A DNA stretch of 39,183 nucleotides from a virus (Duplodnaviria; Caudoviricetes): positions 1 to 39,183 of the IMG/VR virus record IMGVR_UViG_3300032332_001516; one strand, 5' to 3'. The notes beneath the pieces are model-generated. The model was not told the DNA's origin and did not search any database. It saw only the letters and a program-made list of their open reading frames with translations. Shown piece by piece: positions 1 to 6,334 of this stretch. The stretch's first letter is position 1, and each line of letters begins with the position of its first letter. A program made the position numbers and the translations under genes.

Positions 1-180
1 CATATGCCCGGTTGCATACAGCACAGCCATCACTGGACCTGCAATATGCTCGCCAATCTCATACAGTGCCCACACAGTCAAGGCCACTGCCCACCAAGGA
101 TTGCTTTCGGCCTTGCGGCCCAGCCACATGAAGAATCTTCCATGTAGCTGTCCAATCTTGTTTGCCAGGCGGACGATCAT
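1..180 (-). CDS. partial small membrane protein (runs off window edge)
   Basis: Hand-translated: ATG at 180 overlaps the stop of 177..554 (ATGA). MIVRLANKIGQLHGRFFMWLGRKAESNPWWAVALTVWALYEIGEHIAGPVMAVLYATGHM..., open to base 1. Confidence 0.65.
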   Translation of the reverse strand, partial: MIVRLANKIGQLHGRFFMWLGRKAESNPWWAVALTVWALYEIGEHIAGPVMAVLYATGHM

Positions 181-554
181 TGTGTGTAGCAGCTACGCTC
201 TCGATAGATGCGACCATCAATAGTCAGTACCTCGCGCCACTCACCGCAAATCTGTTGTCGAATCACTGGTGCGGGTTGTACATACACAGGTTGTTGTTGA
301 ATGTACACTGGCGCGGGTGGCACATACACTGGCTGTGATTCACGTGCAATGATGGCACCTGCGATGCCACCAATGATCAACGGGGCAACCCAATTGCCGC
401 CATTCACTTGTTGGTAGCCACCGTGATGTTCGTGATGCAACTCATAGTTGCGATCGCGATTTTGGAAGGCACGATAGCGGTATTCGTCGCGATTCTCAGC
501 AAACGATACAGTTGCCACACTTGCCAAAATAACACTGATTAAGACTTTTTTCAT
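177..554 (-). CDS. exported Pro/Gln-rich protein with glycine-zipper-like segment
   Basis: Signal peptide MKKVLISVILASVATVSFA; segment WVAPLIIGGIAGAIIA; PVYV repeats; SD AAGGAG upstream; TAAATA at 573-578. Confidence 0.75.
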   Translation of the reverse strand: MKKVLISVILASVATVSFAENRDEYRYRAFQNRDRNYELHHEHHGGYQQVNGGNWVAPLIIGGIAGAIIARESQPVYVPPAPVYIQQQPVYVQPAPVIRQQICGEWREVLTIDGRIYRERSCYTQ

Positions 555-604
555 AGTAATCTCCTTACTATATATTTAACGTTTTAGACAACAGTCTAGT
601 TGAC

Positions 605-629
605 AGAAGCCCGCACCGGGCGGGCTTCT
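605..629. terminator. GC-rich hairpin, probable intrinsic terminator
   Basis: Perfect 10-bp inverted repeat AGAAGCCCGC-N5-GCGGGCTTCT just after the 647..988 gene. The U-tract is weak. Confidence 0.6.
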
Positions 630-646
630 TGTTGTGCTGCATGAAA

Positions 647-988
647 TTATGCAGTGGTTTTGACAGCAGGTGCCTTGGCAGCACGGGCCTTGATAGCTTC
701 CATGCTGGGAGCCTTGGCTTTGGCCTTGGGTGCCGACACCTTGACAGTTGCAGCGCCGTTGTACTTGGCATCGGCAGTGTCAATTGCTTCTTTGAACTCA
801 GCACGTTGATACAGGTCATTGCCCTTGAGAAACTTGACGCAGTCAGCCTTGCTCATTGCCTGGGGCAATTCCAACAGCTCAATCTCATCGTTACCAGTCT
901 TCATCAGTACCTTTACACGGCTCATGTCGTTAGCAAAACGAACTTTGAACACACCATTATTACGGCTCACGCCAGTTACTTTAAACAT
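647..988 (-). CDS. hypothetical phage protein with Lys/Ala-rich C-terminal tail (possible DNA binding)
   Basis: 113 aa ORF with SD AGGAG and its own sigma70-type promoter; tail KAKAKAPS...KARAAKAPAVK. Confidence 0.75.
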   Translation of the reverse strand: MFKVTGVSRNNGVFKVRFANDMSRVKVLMKTGNDEIELLELPQAMSKADCVKFLKGNDLYQRAEFKEAIDTADAKYNGAATVKVSAPKAKAKAPSMEAIKARAAKAPAVKTTA

Positions 989-1046
989 ATCAAATCTCCT
1001 AGTAGGAAGTGGTTGAAAAAAAATGTTGTATGTACAACATGCTCAA

Positions 1047-1075
1047 ATTATAGCTGACTTCTGGATTGAAGTCAA
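1047..1075 (-). promoter_or_regulatory. sigma70-type early promoter
   Basis: TTGACT (1070-1075), 17 bp, TATAAT (1047-1052). Confidence 0.85.
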
Positions 1076-1100
1076 CCATTTTTTGACTTGATTTGCCCAT

Positions 1101-1307
1101 TTAGTTTGCAGGATGCAGGGCAAGAACGTTACCGCGACCATAGCTGGATTCCAGCAGGCTCTTGGTACCAAAATATCCGCCAGTGTCGGGTACAGTAACG
1201 AACACGTTACGTCCTGTGGTTACTGGCACGTGTCCGCGACCTTCCACGTAGGTGGTAGCTGCGGTGGGCATTTGAACTTGTACAGTAGCACGCCATTGAG
1301 TAGTCAT
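1101..1307 (-). CDS. hypothetical protein
   Basis: 68 aa ORF with SD AGGAG 6 nt upstream. Confidence 0.7.
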   Translation of the reverse strand: MTTQWRATVQVQMPTAATTYVEGRGHVPVTTGRNVFVTVPDTGGYFGTKSLLESSYGRGNVLALHPAN

Positions 1308-1321
1308 TGCAATCTCCTAGA

Positions 1322-1468
1322 TCAATATTCAGTATTTTCGGGCAGGGTCTCTAGCACGTCATAAACCATGCTGAGCGGAATCTCCAACACTTGTGCAATA
1401 CGGGTGGGGTGATCACCTTGCTCCAGCATGAGCTCAATTTCCAAATACAGTTCTTTCATACGGCTCAT
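1322..1468 (-). CDS. small helix-turn-helix-like protein
   Basis: Start reassigned to ATG 1468 (ATGA overlap with upstream ORF, SD GGGAG). MLEQGDHPTRIAQVLEIPLSMVYDV fits an HTH pattern. Confidence 0.6.
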   Translation of the reverse strand: MSRMKELYLEIELMLEQGDHPTRIAQVLEIPLSMVYDVLETLPENTEY

Positions 1469-1584
1469 TTCATTTTCTCCCGTGTCCACTCGGATGCTGT
1501 GGTAAGGTCTTTGCCTATGCCGGATACTGTGCTGCAACCTGCAAACAGTACCAGCGCCAGGGATGCGATTACTAGTTTGATCAT
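1465..1584 (-). CDS. entericidin EcnA/B-like small lipoprotein
   Basis: Hand-translated, 39 aa: MIKLVIASLALVLFAGCSTVSGIGKDLTTASEWTREKMK. Lipobox FAGC followed by T-V-x-G-x-G-K-D; ATGA-coupled at both ends. Confidence 0.75.
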   Translation of the reverse strand: MIKLVIASLALVLFAGCSTVSGIGKDLTTASEWTREKMK

Positions 1585-2054
1585 GCTTCTTCCTTTTCGT
1601 TAGCCAATGCTTCTGTCAACAAAACCAATTTATCGCTCAGGGCTGTGTCGCTGTAGGTGTTGCCCACATACCATACACCGTCCTTCATGATGTAGTAGTA
1701 CTCGGCGTTGCACCCGTTTGCTAGATCTAGAAACTCCGCAAACGTGTGCGATACTCGGAACTCAGCACCCTTCTCGCCGCGATCACGTGCGTAGAAAGTG
1801 CAGTAGCCTGCTTCTTTGGCCGCTTCATACAAAGCCTTGTCCTCGGCACTGGTGTGCGGGCTAAATGGATGTGCTTCACCAATTACCCGACCCAGGCTGC
1901 TCATATCGCCCATGGCCACCAATTGGTTAGCTCGTGCGCTGTCATAGTGTTCTTGTAGGATAGCGCCATTGTGCGCTAGATATCCATCCCAGTGACAGTA
2001 AACGCTCTTGCACTTGTCACCATGCATCACACCAATTCGACTACGTGTACCCAT
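1581..2054 (-). CDS. conserved hypothetical phage protein (YCHWDGY motif)
   Basis: 157 aa; MGTRSRIG...SVYCHWDGY...EYYY; strong SD and own promoter. Confidence 0.8.
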   Translation of the reverse strand: MGTRSRIGVMHGDKCKSVYCHWDGYLAHNGAILQEHYDSARANQLVAMGDMSSLGRVIGEAHPFSPHTSAEDKALYEAAKEAGYCTFYARDRGEKGAEFRVSHTFAEFLDLANGCNAEYYYIMKDGVWYVGNTYSDTALSDKLVLLTEALANEKEEA

Positions 2055-2086
2055 TTTTCGACTCCTGTTTGTTGCTGTATGTGTGT

Positions 2087-2115
2087 ATTATAGCACTTTG
2101 GCAATTAATGGTCAA
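2087..2115 (-). promoter_or_regulatory. sigma70-type early promoter
   Basis: TTGACC (2110-2115), 17 bp, TATAAT (2087-2092), then leader ACAGCAACAAACAGGAGT. Confidence 0.85.
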
Positions 2116-2291
2116 CCGTTTTGTTGATTCACAAAATCCATGAGTTCACCGTAAAATTCTTCATATGCTTGTGCAGTCTCACTATCAAGAGTATCGTAAG
2201 AGTCTCCTAACATCTGTATACAATGTAAGAGACCCGGTTGACCCATTTCGCGGTGAGCGTCTGCGATAATTTGAAATGCACTTCTTGCCAT
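2112..2291 (-). CDS. small acidic hypothetical protein (59 aa)
   Basis: Hand-translated MARSAFQIIADAHREMGQPGLLHCIQMLGDSYDTLDSETAQAYEEFYGELMDFVNQQNG; SD AGGAG and own promoter. Confidence 0.75.
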   Translation of the reverse strand: MARSAFQIIADAHREMGQPGLLHCIQMLGDSYDTLDSETAQAYEEFYGELMDFVNQQNG

Positions 2292-2325
2292 TTTCTAACT
2301 CCTGTTTGTTGCTGCGTATGTATCA

Positions 2326-2354
2326 ATTATACTGGATTTTGAGTTCGCTGTCAA
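2326..2354 (-). promoter_or_regulatory. sigma70-type early promoter
   Basis: Perfect TTGACA (2349-2354), 17 bp, TATAAT (2326-2331). Confidence 0.9.
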
Positions 2355-2369
2355 CCTGTTTTTGCCAGA

Positions 2370-2588
2370 TTATGAGTAGAAACTGGTGTTGAAGCCGCGG
2401 CGTGCATACACCACTTCGCGCACAGCCGTATCTGTAAGTTCGCCATACTGCTCGCGCTTTTGGTCTGCAATGAAACGCATGAGCGCTTCAGTTTGGGGCC
2501 AGTTCAGGTTCGCTGCTTGACTCAGTTCCACGATCTTTTGTGCCACTGCATCACCAGCATCTGTGTACATGTCAAAACCTTGGTTCAT
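2370..2588 (-). CDS. hypothetical protein (72 aa)
   Basis: Start reassigned to ATG 2588 (MNQGFDMYT...), after SD AGGAG and downstream of promoter 2622-2650. Confidence 0.75.
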   Translation of the reverse strand: MNQGFDMYTDAGDAVAQKIVELSQAANLNWPQTEALMRFIADQKREQYGELTDTAVREVVYARRGFNTSFYS

Positions 2589-2621
2589 AATCGACTCCTG
2601 TTTGTTGCTGTTCATGTATGT

Positions 2622-2650
2622 ATTATAGCGTATTTCGGGCTCGCTGTCAA
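2622..2650 (-). promoter_or_regulatory. sigma70-type early promoter
   Basis: Perfect TTGACA (2645-2650), 17 bp, TATAAT (2622-2627). Confidence 0.9.
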
Positions 2651-2711
2651 CCAAAATCTGGTATTTTTCACACAAAAAGTTGCGATTTTTCTGTTGTTTT
2701 TCAGCAACAGA

Positions 2712-2867
2712 TCAGGCAAAATGTCCGCCAAACAGCATGGCATCAATAAAGATGCCCACAGCCAGCAAGACCCAAAACACCACCATGGAGTTCATCAGCA
2801 GATAAGACACCACAAACGGTCCATCTCGGCTGGCCAGTATGGATTTGATCCGATTCCACTTAGACAT
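2712..2867 (-). CDS. small membrane protein (51 aa)
   Basis: Hand-translated MSKWNRIKSILASRDGPFVVSYLLMNSMVVFWVLLAVGIFIDAMLFGGHFA; SD GGAG. Confidence 0.6.
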   Translation of the reverse strand: MSKWNRIKSILASRDGPFVVSYLLMNSMVVFWVLLAVGIFIDAMLFGGHFA

Positions 2868-2988
2868 CATCATCTCCGGTTAACATGTCAACCAATTTAG
2901 TAGCAACGAGTATGGCACCCCACAGCATAGCCAGTGCCATACACATTCCAACTGCTCCTATCAAATAAGGTTCAATGGCGTCGTACAC
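2860..2988 (-). CDS. small single-pass membrane protein (42 aa, GTG start)
   Basis: Hand-translated MYDAIEPYLIGAVGMCMALAMLWGAILVATKLVDMLTGDDDV; SD TAAGGA. Confidence 0.55.
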   Translation of the reverse strand: MYDAIEPYLIGAVGMCMALAMLWGAILVATKLVDMLTGDDDV

Positions 2989-2997
2989 AGCAGTTCC

Positions 2998-3141
2998 TTA
3001 TCCTCGCGGCTTGTTTTCAACTGCGGCCATGCTGCCGCTATAGGCGCCGTTGCTGGCAGTGTGGCGCAGCACACCAGGTGCCGGGTAGGTGATCACGCCA
3101 CCAGTGCTGGATGGTACGGGCTTGGGTGCAGTATAGTTCAT
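2998..3141 (-). CDS. small hypothetical protein (47 aa)
   Basis: Hand-translated MNYTAPKPVPSSTGGVITYPAPGVLRHTASNGAYSGSMAAVENKPRG; SD GAAAGG; promoter 3169-3197. Confidence 0.65.
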   Translation of the reverse strand: MNYTAPKPVPSSTGGVITYPAPGVLRHTASNGAYSGSMAAVENKPRG

Positions 3142-3168
3142 AGTTGCCTTTCAGTCGTTTAAAATTGT

Positions 3169-3197
3169 ATTATATACCCAAAACCATTTAATGTCAA
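3169..3197 (-). promoter_or_regulatory. sigma70-type early promoter
   Basis: TTGACA (3192-3197), 17 bp, TATAAT (3169-3174). Confidence 0.9.
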
Positions 3198-3201
3198 CCG
3201 T

Positions 3202-3429
3202 TTACGCACAGATTTCAAACAACATTTCGTTACTGGAACCGTTGACTACACGGACTTTTTTGTCATTGACCATGATGTAGCCATAGTTGCCGTTATCATA
3301 GATACCGTGTGGGCAGGATTCAATAGTCACTTTACGGACGATTTCGCAAAAGCCCCAACGCTTAGTAGGCAACTTACCTTGAAACAATCGCATGTTTTCA
3401 AGGGAAGTAATGAGAATTTTTGCTTTCAT
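3202..3429 (-). CDS. hypothetical protein (75 aa)
   Basis: ORF behind promoter 3463-3491 and a variant of the shared leader. Confidence 0.7.
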   Translation of the reverse strand: MKAKILITSLENMRLFQGKLPTKRWGFCEIVRKVTIESCPHGIYDNGNYGYIMVNDKKVRVVNGSSNEMLFEICA

Positions 3430-3462
3430 AATCTACTCTGTTTGTTGACTGTCTAAGTATGT

Positions 3463-3491
3463 ATTATATACCCAAAACCATTTAATGTCAA
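3463..3491 (-). promoter_or_regulatory. sigma70-type early promoter
   Basis: TTGACA (3486-3491), 17 bp, TATAAT (3463-3468). Confidence 0.9.
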
Positions 3492-3634
3492 GTTTGGTTA
3501 GCCTTATTTACGGCAGATTCAGCATCTTTTTTCCCTGTAGGACCGAAAAAGTGCCAAGGATATCCGTGTACTACGGCTACCCACCCGGGGGTTTTTCTAC
3601 CGTAGTACTCGCTGGCTTTCATTAAAAAAGCCAT
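3488..3634 (-). CDS. small hypothetical protein (48 aa)
   Basis: Hand-translated MAFLMKASEYYGRKTPGWVAVVHGYPWHFFGPTGKKDAESAVNKANQT; fills the gap between 3641..3916 and the next promoter. Confidence 0.5.
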   Translation of the reverse strand: MAFLMKASEYYGRKTPGWVAVVHGYPWHFFGPTGKKDAESAVNKANQT

Positions 3635-3640
3635 TTGTTG

Positions 3641-3916
3641 TCAATCCTGTTTCATCACATATTCAAACAGGACCCACTTGGCACGATTCAGGCACTGACG
3701 TGCATCTTCGGCACGGTTAAAGTCAATGTCGCCGTACTCGGTGTTGATCATCTCTTGAGCATCGCTCATCAAGCTGGCTGCAATCATTGCAGGACCCGAA
3801 AAGCGGAAAGTGATGCTGGACTCGATGCTCTCACGCATGCCAGCTTCAGTAACACCGTACATGCGAACTTGGCGTTTTTCTTGCTCGGTAAGTGCGTTGT
3901 AAGTAGCAGTTGTCAT
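3641..3916 (-). CDS. hypothetical protein (91 aa)
   Basis: ORF with SD AGGAG, the shared leader and its own promoter. Confidence 0.8.
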   Translation of the reverse strand: MTTATYNALTEQEKRQVRMYGVTEAGMRESIESSITFRFSGPAMIAASLMSDAQEMINTEYGDIDFNRAEDARQCLNRAKWVLFEYVMKQD

Positions 3917-3949
3917 TTCTAACTCCTATTTGTTGCTGTCTAAGTGTAT

Positions 3950-3978
3950 ATTATACTGCCTTTTGGGCAGATTGTCAA
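3950..3978 (-). promoter_or_regulatory. sigma70-type early promoter
   Basis: TTGACA (3973-3978), 17 bp, TATAAT (3950-3955). Confidence 0.9.
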
Positions 3979-3986
3979 CCAGAATT

Positions 3987-4006
3987 TTGTTGTATTTTTA
4001 CAACAA
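3987..4006. promoter_or_regulatory. palindromic candidate operator TTGTTGTA-N4-TACAACAA
   Basis: 8-bp inverted repeat just upstream of a -35 box; identical copy at 4396-4415. Confidence 0.55.
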
Positions 4007-4270
4007 ATCTACTTGAATTTGACGTCCGCGGATGGTAGTACCAAGTCCAGTTGGGATGTCTTTGCGATGTGCCCGGGCTAGAATGCGCTCAGCTGCTAGA
4101 GTTTCTACAGCCTCCCAGCACAGGCTGCGAGCATTGGTGGTGGCAAACTGCTCGCTCATCTGCTTGACAGTCATGTAAAAGCCAATGTCGTTTTCGCTGC
4201 CGTCACCTTTGAAGATCACGCGGAATTTTTGGGAATTTTTCAAGCCACTAACAATAGTCTGTGTACGCAT
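3998..4270 (-). CDS. hypothetical protein (90 aa)
   Basis: ORF with SD GGAG, downstream of promoter 4349-4377. Confidence 0.75.
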   Translation of the reverse strand: MRTQTIVSGLKNSQKFRVIFKGDGSENDIGFYMTVKQMSEQFATTNARSLCWEAVETLAAERILARAHRKDIPTGLGTTIRGRQIQVDLL

Positions 4271-4348
4271 CAGTTTCTCCAGTTGAATTAGATTGGGCTT
4301 ACAGTGGTGTTAACCAAATGCCGTAGCCGGTTACCTGTTTATGTGTCA

Positions 4349-4377
4349 ATTATACGAGTTTTGGGCGTGGGTGTCAA
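4349..4377 (-). promoter_or_regulatory. sigma70-type early promoter
   Basis: TTGACA (4372-4377), 17 bp, TATAAT (4349-4354). Confidence 0.9.
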
Positions 4378-4395
4378 CCAGAATCTGGACCTTTT

Positions 4396-4415
4396 TTGTT
4401 GTATTTTTACAACAA
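4396..4415. promoter_or_regulatory. palindromic candidate operator TTGTTGTA-N4-TACAACAA
   Basis: Identical to 3987-4006 and also upstream of a -35 box. Confidence 0.55.
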
Positions 4416-4421
4416 TGGTTG

Positions 4422-5132
4422 CTATTTTTTTAGGCTGAGCTGGCGGTCAATCAGGTCAGCTTCGGCTTTGCGCAGGCGATCGATCCAGCCCATGTTCCTA
4501 ATGGCTTTGAACGCAAGGTTTTCAGTGCTGAATTCGCCACCTGCATCCAGTCCGCTTTGACGCATGCGATAGAGCTGGGCCGCTGCCTGTTTGAAATCGC
4601 CAGGTACAGTGCTGCGCCTAATGGTCTTGCTGAGCAGGTCAATCATGCCCTGTGTCTTTTTCCGTACACTGACCTGGTCATAATGTGGTGGCATGAAATC
4701 GGGCTTGGTCTTCCAGCGATTGTTCTGTACCGAAAATATGCCGGCGCTGTGTGCCTGGTGCTGGATGTCCTCTACGTAGAGTTCAACATCATATCCGTAA
4801 ATGGTAATATCATGCTGATCATTCCAGATGCGTTTTTTGGCAGTGTACAGGGCCTCGGCAACATCATCACATTTGAGGTCACTGTAATCGGTCACTATGT
4901 GTAGATCAAAATCGCTGTACCGAGTGTAGTTGAAATTGGCTAAGCTGCCGGTCAAGTAAATATCCAGCAGTTTGAAATCTGGTATCTCCAGGTATTCCAC
5001 AAACAAGTCGGCCACAGCCAATAAGTGCTGGCGTACCACTGGGTTCATGTTCCAACCCTGCCATACCTGCGGATTAAGGTCCCGGTGATATTGTAGCGTG
5101 TCGCCAACTGCTGCGAGTTCTTCGGGCTTCAT
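4422..5132 (-). CDS. Pol-beta superfamily nucleotidyltransferase
   Basis: hGS...DxDh signature LTGSLANFNYTRYSDFDLHIV, with a third acidic strand YDVELYVED. Confidence 0.75.
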   Translation of the reverse strand: MKPEELAAVGDTLQYHRDLNPQVWQGWNMNPVVRQHLLAVADLFVEYLEIPDFKLLDIYLTGSLANFNYTRYSDFDLHIVTDYSDLKCDDVAEALYTAKKRIWNDQHDITIYGYDVELYVEDIQHQAHSAGIFSVQNNRWKTKPDFMPPHYDQVSVRKKTQGMIDLLSKTIRRSTVPGDFKQAAAQLYRMRQSGLDAGGEFSTENLAFKAIRNMGWIDRLRKAEADLIDRQLSLKK

Positions 5133-6196
5133 ATCCTGACTCCATCTATGCTTACTAGGCTGCCGGGTACTGTATTGGCTGGTAAAATCTCAGAGCCCAG
5201 GGGAGGTAACTGTGTGTCTCTGTGCAGATCAAATGGTTCGGTGTACGTGCCTTGATAGAATCTATAGGGAAGGTTACAGGAATTGTTCGCAGGCAAGGTG
5301 ATCACAGCCGGCACGTATTTGGTTGGCAATTGATTACGATAAGGGAATATTTTTCCAAAACCAGGCCCAGTCTGTGCTGTATAAAAGGAATTATATCTGA
5401 TGATAAGTCGCTTGCCCGATATCTTTGGTTGTCCGTGTGCCACTGTGGGCAACCCGGGGGGATTTTCTGCCGGCAAGTGCGACCAAGTGATTGATATATC
5501 GTAGCGTCCCGGTAGCGGCGGGTAAATGGAATAACTGGGCGCTGAGTCAAGATTTGTATCACTACGGCTGTTGCTGATTACCACCAGGTATCTGCCCAGA
5601 ATAGTTTCGTTTACTGAACCTGGTGGAATCACGACCGGATAAGGATCCGTACCGGCACGCCAGCTGGTATCAACAGGTGGGTTGACAAATCCCCTCAGCT
5701 GGTCTAATCGCATGGTGGCAAACCCATACACGCGATCTTGATCTTCGATGGTATATGTGATATCAACTACTGTTTCTATGGTGCTGTATACTGCGGTATC
5801 TTGCCCCTCGTAGGCATCGAAATCAAATACCACGGGATCGTATCGCTGCTCATTGGATATGCCTCGCCACTCGTCGTTGCCTTTATCATAGGGGTGATCA
5901 GCAAAAGAGTACTGGCCGACATCCAAGACATCTGTGGGCAGGTCTTGATTCCTCAACGGGAACGATGCATTTGGTATGGTTCTGTACAACAAGGTAACAG
6001 AATCGTTGGTGGCACGTACTGCTCTAAACGTGCCATTATATAGTCCAACTCCGGCGACTGTGTACAGTCCCATGGGATAATCACCACGATCAATCAATTT
6101 ACAAGGTGCATACAGCGCATTACTAAAGCGATCAAAGTGAGGGTTAGGCACACGCTCTATGTTTGGCGGTAGTCTGTAGGTAATGGAAATACTCAT
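5129..6196 (-). CDS. hypothetical late protein (Pro/Tyr-rich, possibly virion-associated)
   Basis: 355 aa ORF behind TATAAATA at 6221-6228; ATGA-coupled to the nucleotidyltransferase. Confidence 0.7.
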   Translation of the reverse strand: MSISITYRLPPNIERVPNPHFDRFSNALYAPCKLIDRGDYPMGLYTVAGVGLYNGTFRAVRATNDSVTLLYRTIPNASFPLRNQDLPTDVLDVGQYSFADHPYDKGNDEWRGISNEQRYDPVVFDFDAYEGQDTAVYSTIETVVDITYTIEDQDRVYGFATMRLDQLRGFVNPPVDTSWRAGTDPYPVVIPPGSVNETILGRYLVVISNSRSDTNLDSAPSYSIYPPLPGRYDISITWSHLPAENPPGLPTVAHGQPKISGKRLIIRYNSFYTAQTGPGFGKIFPYRNQLPTKYVPAVITLPANNSCNLPYRFYQGTYTEPFDLHRDTQLPPLGSEILPANTVPGSLVSIDGVRI

Positions 6197-6220
6197 GATT
6201 GTTGTGATCCTGCTGTTAGT

Positions 6221-6228
6221 TATTTATA
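6221..6228 (-). promoter_or_regulatory. T4-type late promoter TATAAATA
   Basis: Exact T4 gp55 consensus, intergenic, 24 nt before the ATG at 6196. Confidence 0.75.
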
Positions 6229-6239
6229 GGATCAAATTG

Positions 6240-6332
6240 ATAGTGCCACACTATGGGATTCCCGGTAGCGAATCGGGCCGTCCCAGGCAGTGGCCGCCTG
6301 CCCTCGCAACTAGTGCGGTCCTAAGGGTGTTC
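6240..6332 (-). ncRNA. candidate structured RNA (multi-stem junction), family unknown
   Basis: GC-rich intergenic segment almost entirely in adjacent hairpins closed by ACAC/GUGU. A G-U pair in one stem favours the - strand. Confidence 0.55.
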
Positions 6333-6334
6333 TA

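Larger units (their letters stand above)
3166..3491. repeat. identical 32-bp direct repeats (3166-3197 and 3460-3491) flanking one gene
   Basis: Both copies read TGTATTATATACCCAAAACCATTTAATGTCAA on the + strand. Confidence 0.9.

Noticed and set aside
2691-2710. LexA SOS box
   Set aside because: Spacing is CTGT-N12-ACAG, not CTGT-N8-ACAG.
4344-4349. Second TTGACA overlapping the -10 of promoter 4349-4377
   Set aside because: No -10-like hexamer 16-18 bp downstream.
2041-4415. Regularly spaced repeats as a CRISPR array or attC sites
   Set aside because: The repeats are degenerate promoters and leaders, the intervals are 200-500 bp genes, and no cas or integrase gene is present.
6240-6332. 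tRNA, HDV-like ribozyme or ZTP riboswitch
   Set aside because: No 7-bp acceptor stem or anticodon arm, and I could not build the nested pseudoknot or the ZTP consensus by eye; kept as an unknown RNA.
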